A stretch of 62,744 nucleotides of DNA, filler included, from Asterionella formosa (taxonomy: Eukaryota), in assembly GCA_002256025.1 (NCBI GenBank). It is 16 parts of 16 records of this genome, joined end to end, with 100 filler letters (N's around TTAATTAATTAA, not from the genome) between each part and the next. Parts side by side here need not be neighbours in the genome. Positions count along the whole stretch, not along the records: positions 58,928 to 62,744 come from NKIB01013893.1; 15 more parts are not named here. One strand, written 5' to 3'. The first letter of the stretch is position 1; every line of letters starts with the position of its first letter. Below are positions 62,301-62,744 of the stretch, piece by piece. The position numbers were made by a program, and so were the translations under genes. A model generated the notes under the pieces. It worked only from the letters and a program-made list of their open reading frames with translations. It searched no databases and was not told the origin of the DNA.

Positions 62301-62645
62301 CCCGGACGAGCCTTGAACAATAGTCCCATGTTCTTGTTTGTCATTATATTTACTGTTCTAGCCCAATGGTTGATTGTTGAGTATGGTGGTGACTTTACTC
62401 AGACCTTCCCTCTCACTTTTGAAGAGTGGAGGATCACTGCTGCACTGGGAGCTGTCTCGTTACCAGTGGGATTCATCATGAGGCATATTCCAGTGTCAGA
62501 AGACCCCGAGTCTTTTGCTGGCATCGGAGATAATATTCCGAAATCGAAGCCCTCCTTTTTGGGTACGTTGTTTGCCTTCCTCCTGCCAGTCCTTGTGGCT
62601 ATTGTGTATCAGCTCTACCAGGAAGTAGAAGAACTGAAGCATTAG
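59364..62645 (+). CDS. P-type IIB Ca2+-transporting ATPase (PMCA/ACA type), two exons, intron 61757-61849, about 1062 aa
   Basis: DESALTGE, VPEGLPLAVT, CSDKTGTLT, KGAAE, MVTGDN, TGDGTND, KFLQFQLTVN, LWVNLIMDT. Splice AG|GTGAGT...GCTGAC...CAG|A restores SIVRAVLWGR. Confidence 0.96.
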
Positions 62646-62744
62646 GAAGAATGAAAGTCGCGATGAAATAGCAGGGAAACGGTAGGCGTCTTCAAAAGCT
62701 AGAAGACTTTTAAATATAAAGATTTTAGATTTAGGGATTTTTGA

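Overview
Eukaryotic DNA, almost certainly from a diatom: it carries a DUF6824 gene, CoDi-type Copia and Ambal-like LINE fragments, short GT-AG introns and diatom-style ankyrin and ARM genes. The window is not a continuous locus. It is 16 unrelated contigs of about 3.82-3.84 kb, in roughly decreasing length, joined by artificial 100-bp spacers (N44-TTAATTAATTAA-N44), so adjacency across spacers has no biological meaning. Host genes: an ankyrin-repeat protein, a spliced DUF6824 protein, a PlsC/LPAAT acyltransferase (3' part), mevalonate kinase with a C-terminal membrane tail, a small secreted His/Ser/Asp-rich protein, an ARM-repeat protein, an internally deleted TM9SF fragment, a ubiquitin-like N-terminus and a complete P2B Ca2+-ATPase. 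Most of the rest is transposon sequence: two copies of a Plavaka-like element, several PIF/Harbinger transposase remnants and termini, two Copia elements, a Gypsy, an Ambal-like LINE, a Crypton tyrosine-recombinase element, solo-LTR-like repeats and tRNA-headed SINE-like repeats. I found no convincing new multi-gene system. The best leads are the SINE candidates, the Plavaka element that can be rebuilt from two contigs, the silacidin-like secreted peptide, the tail-anchored mevalonate kinase and a structured GC-rich retroelement-like terminus. All family assignments come from reading motifs by eye; no searches were run.
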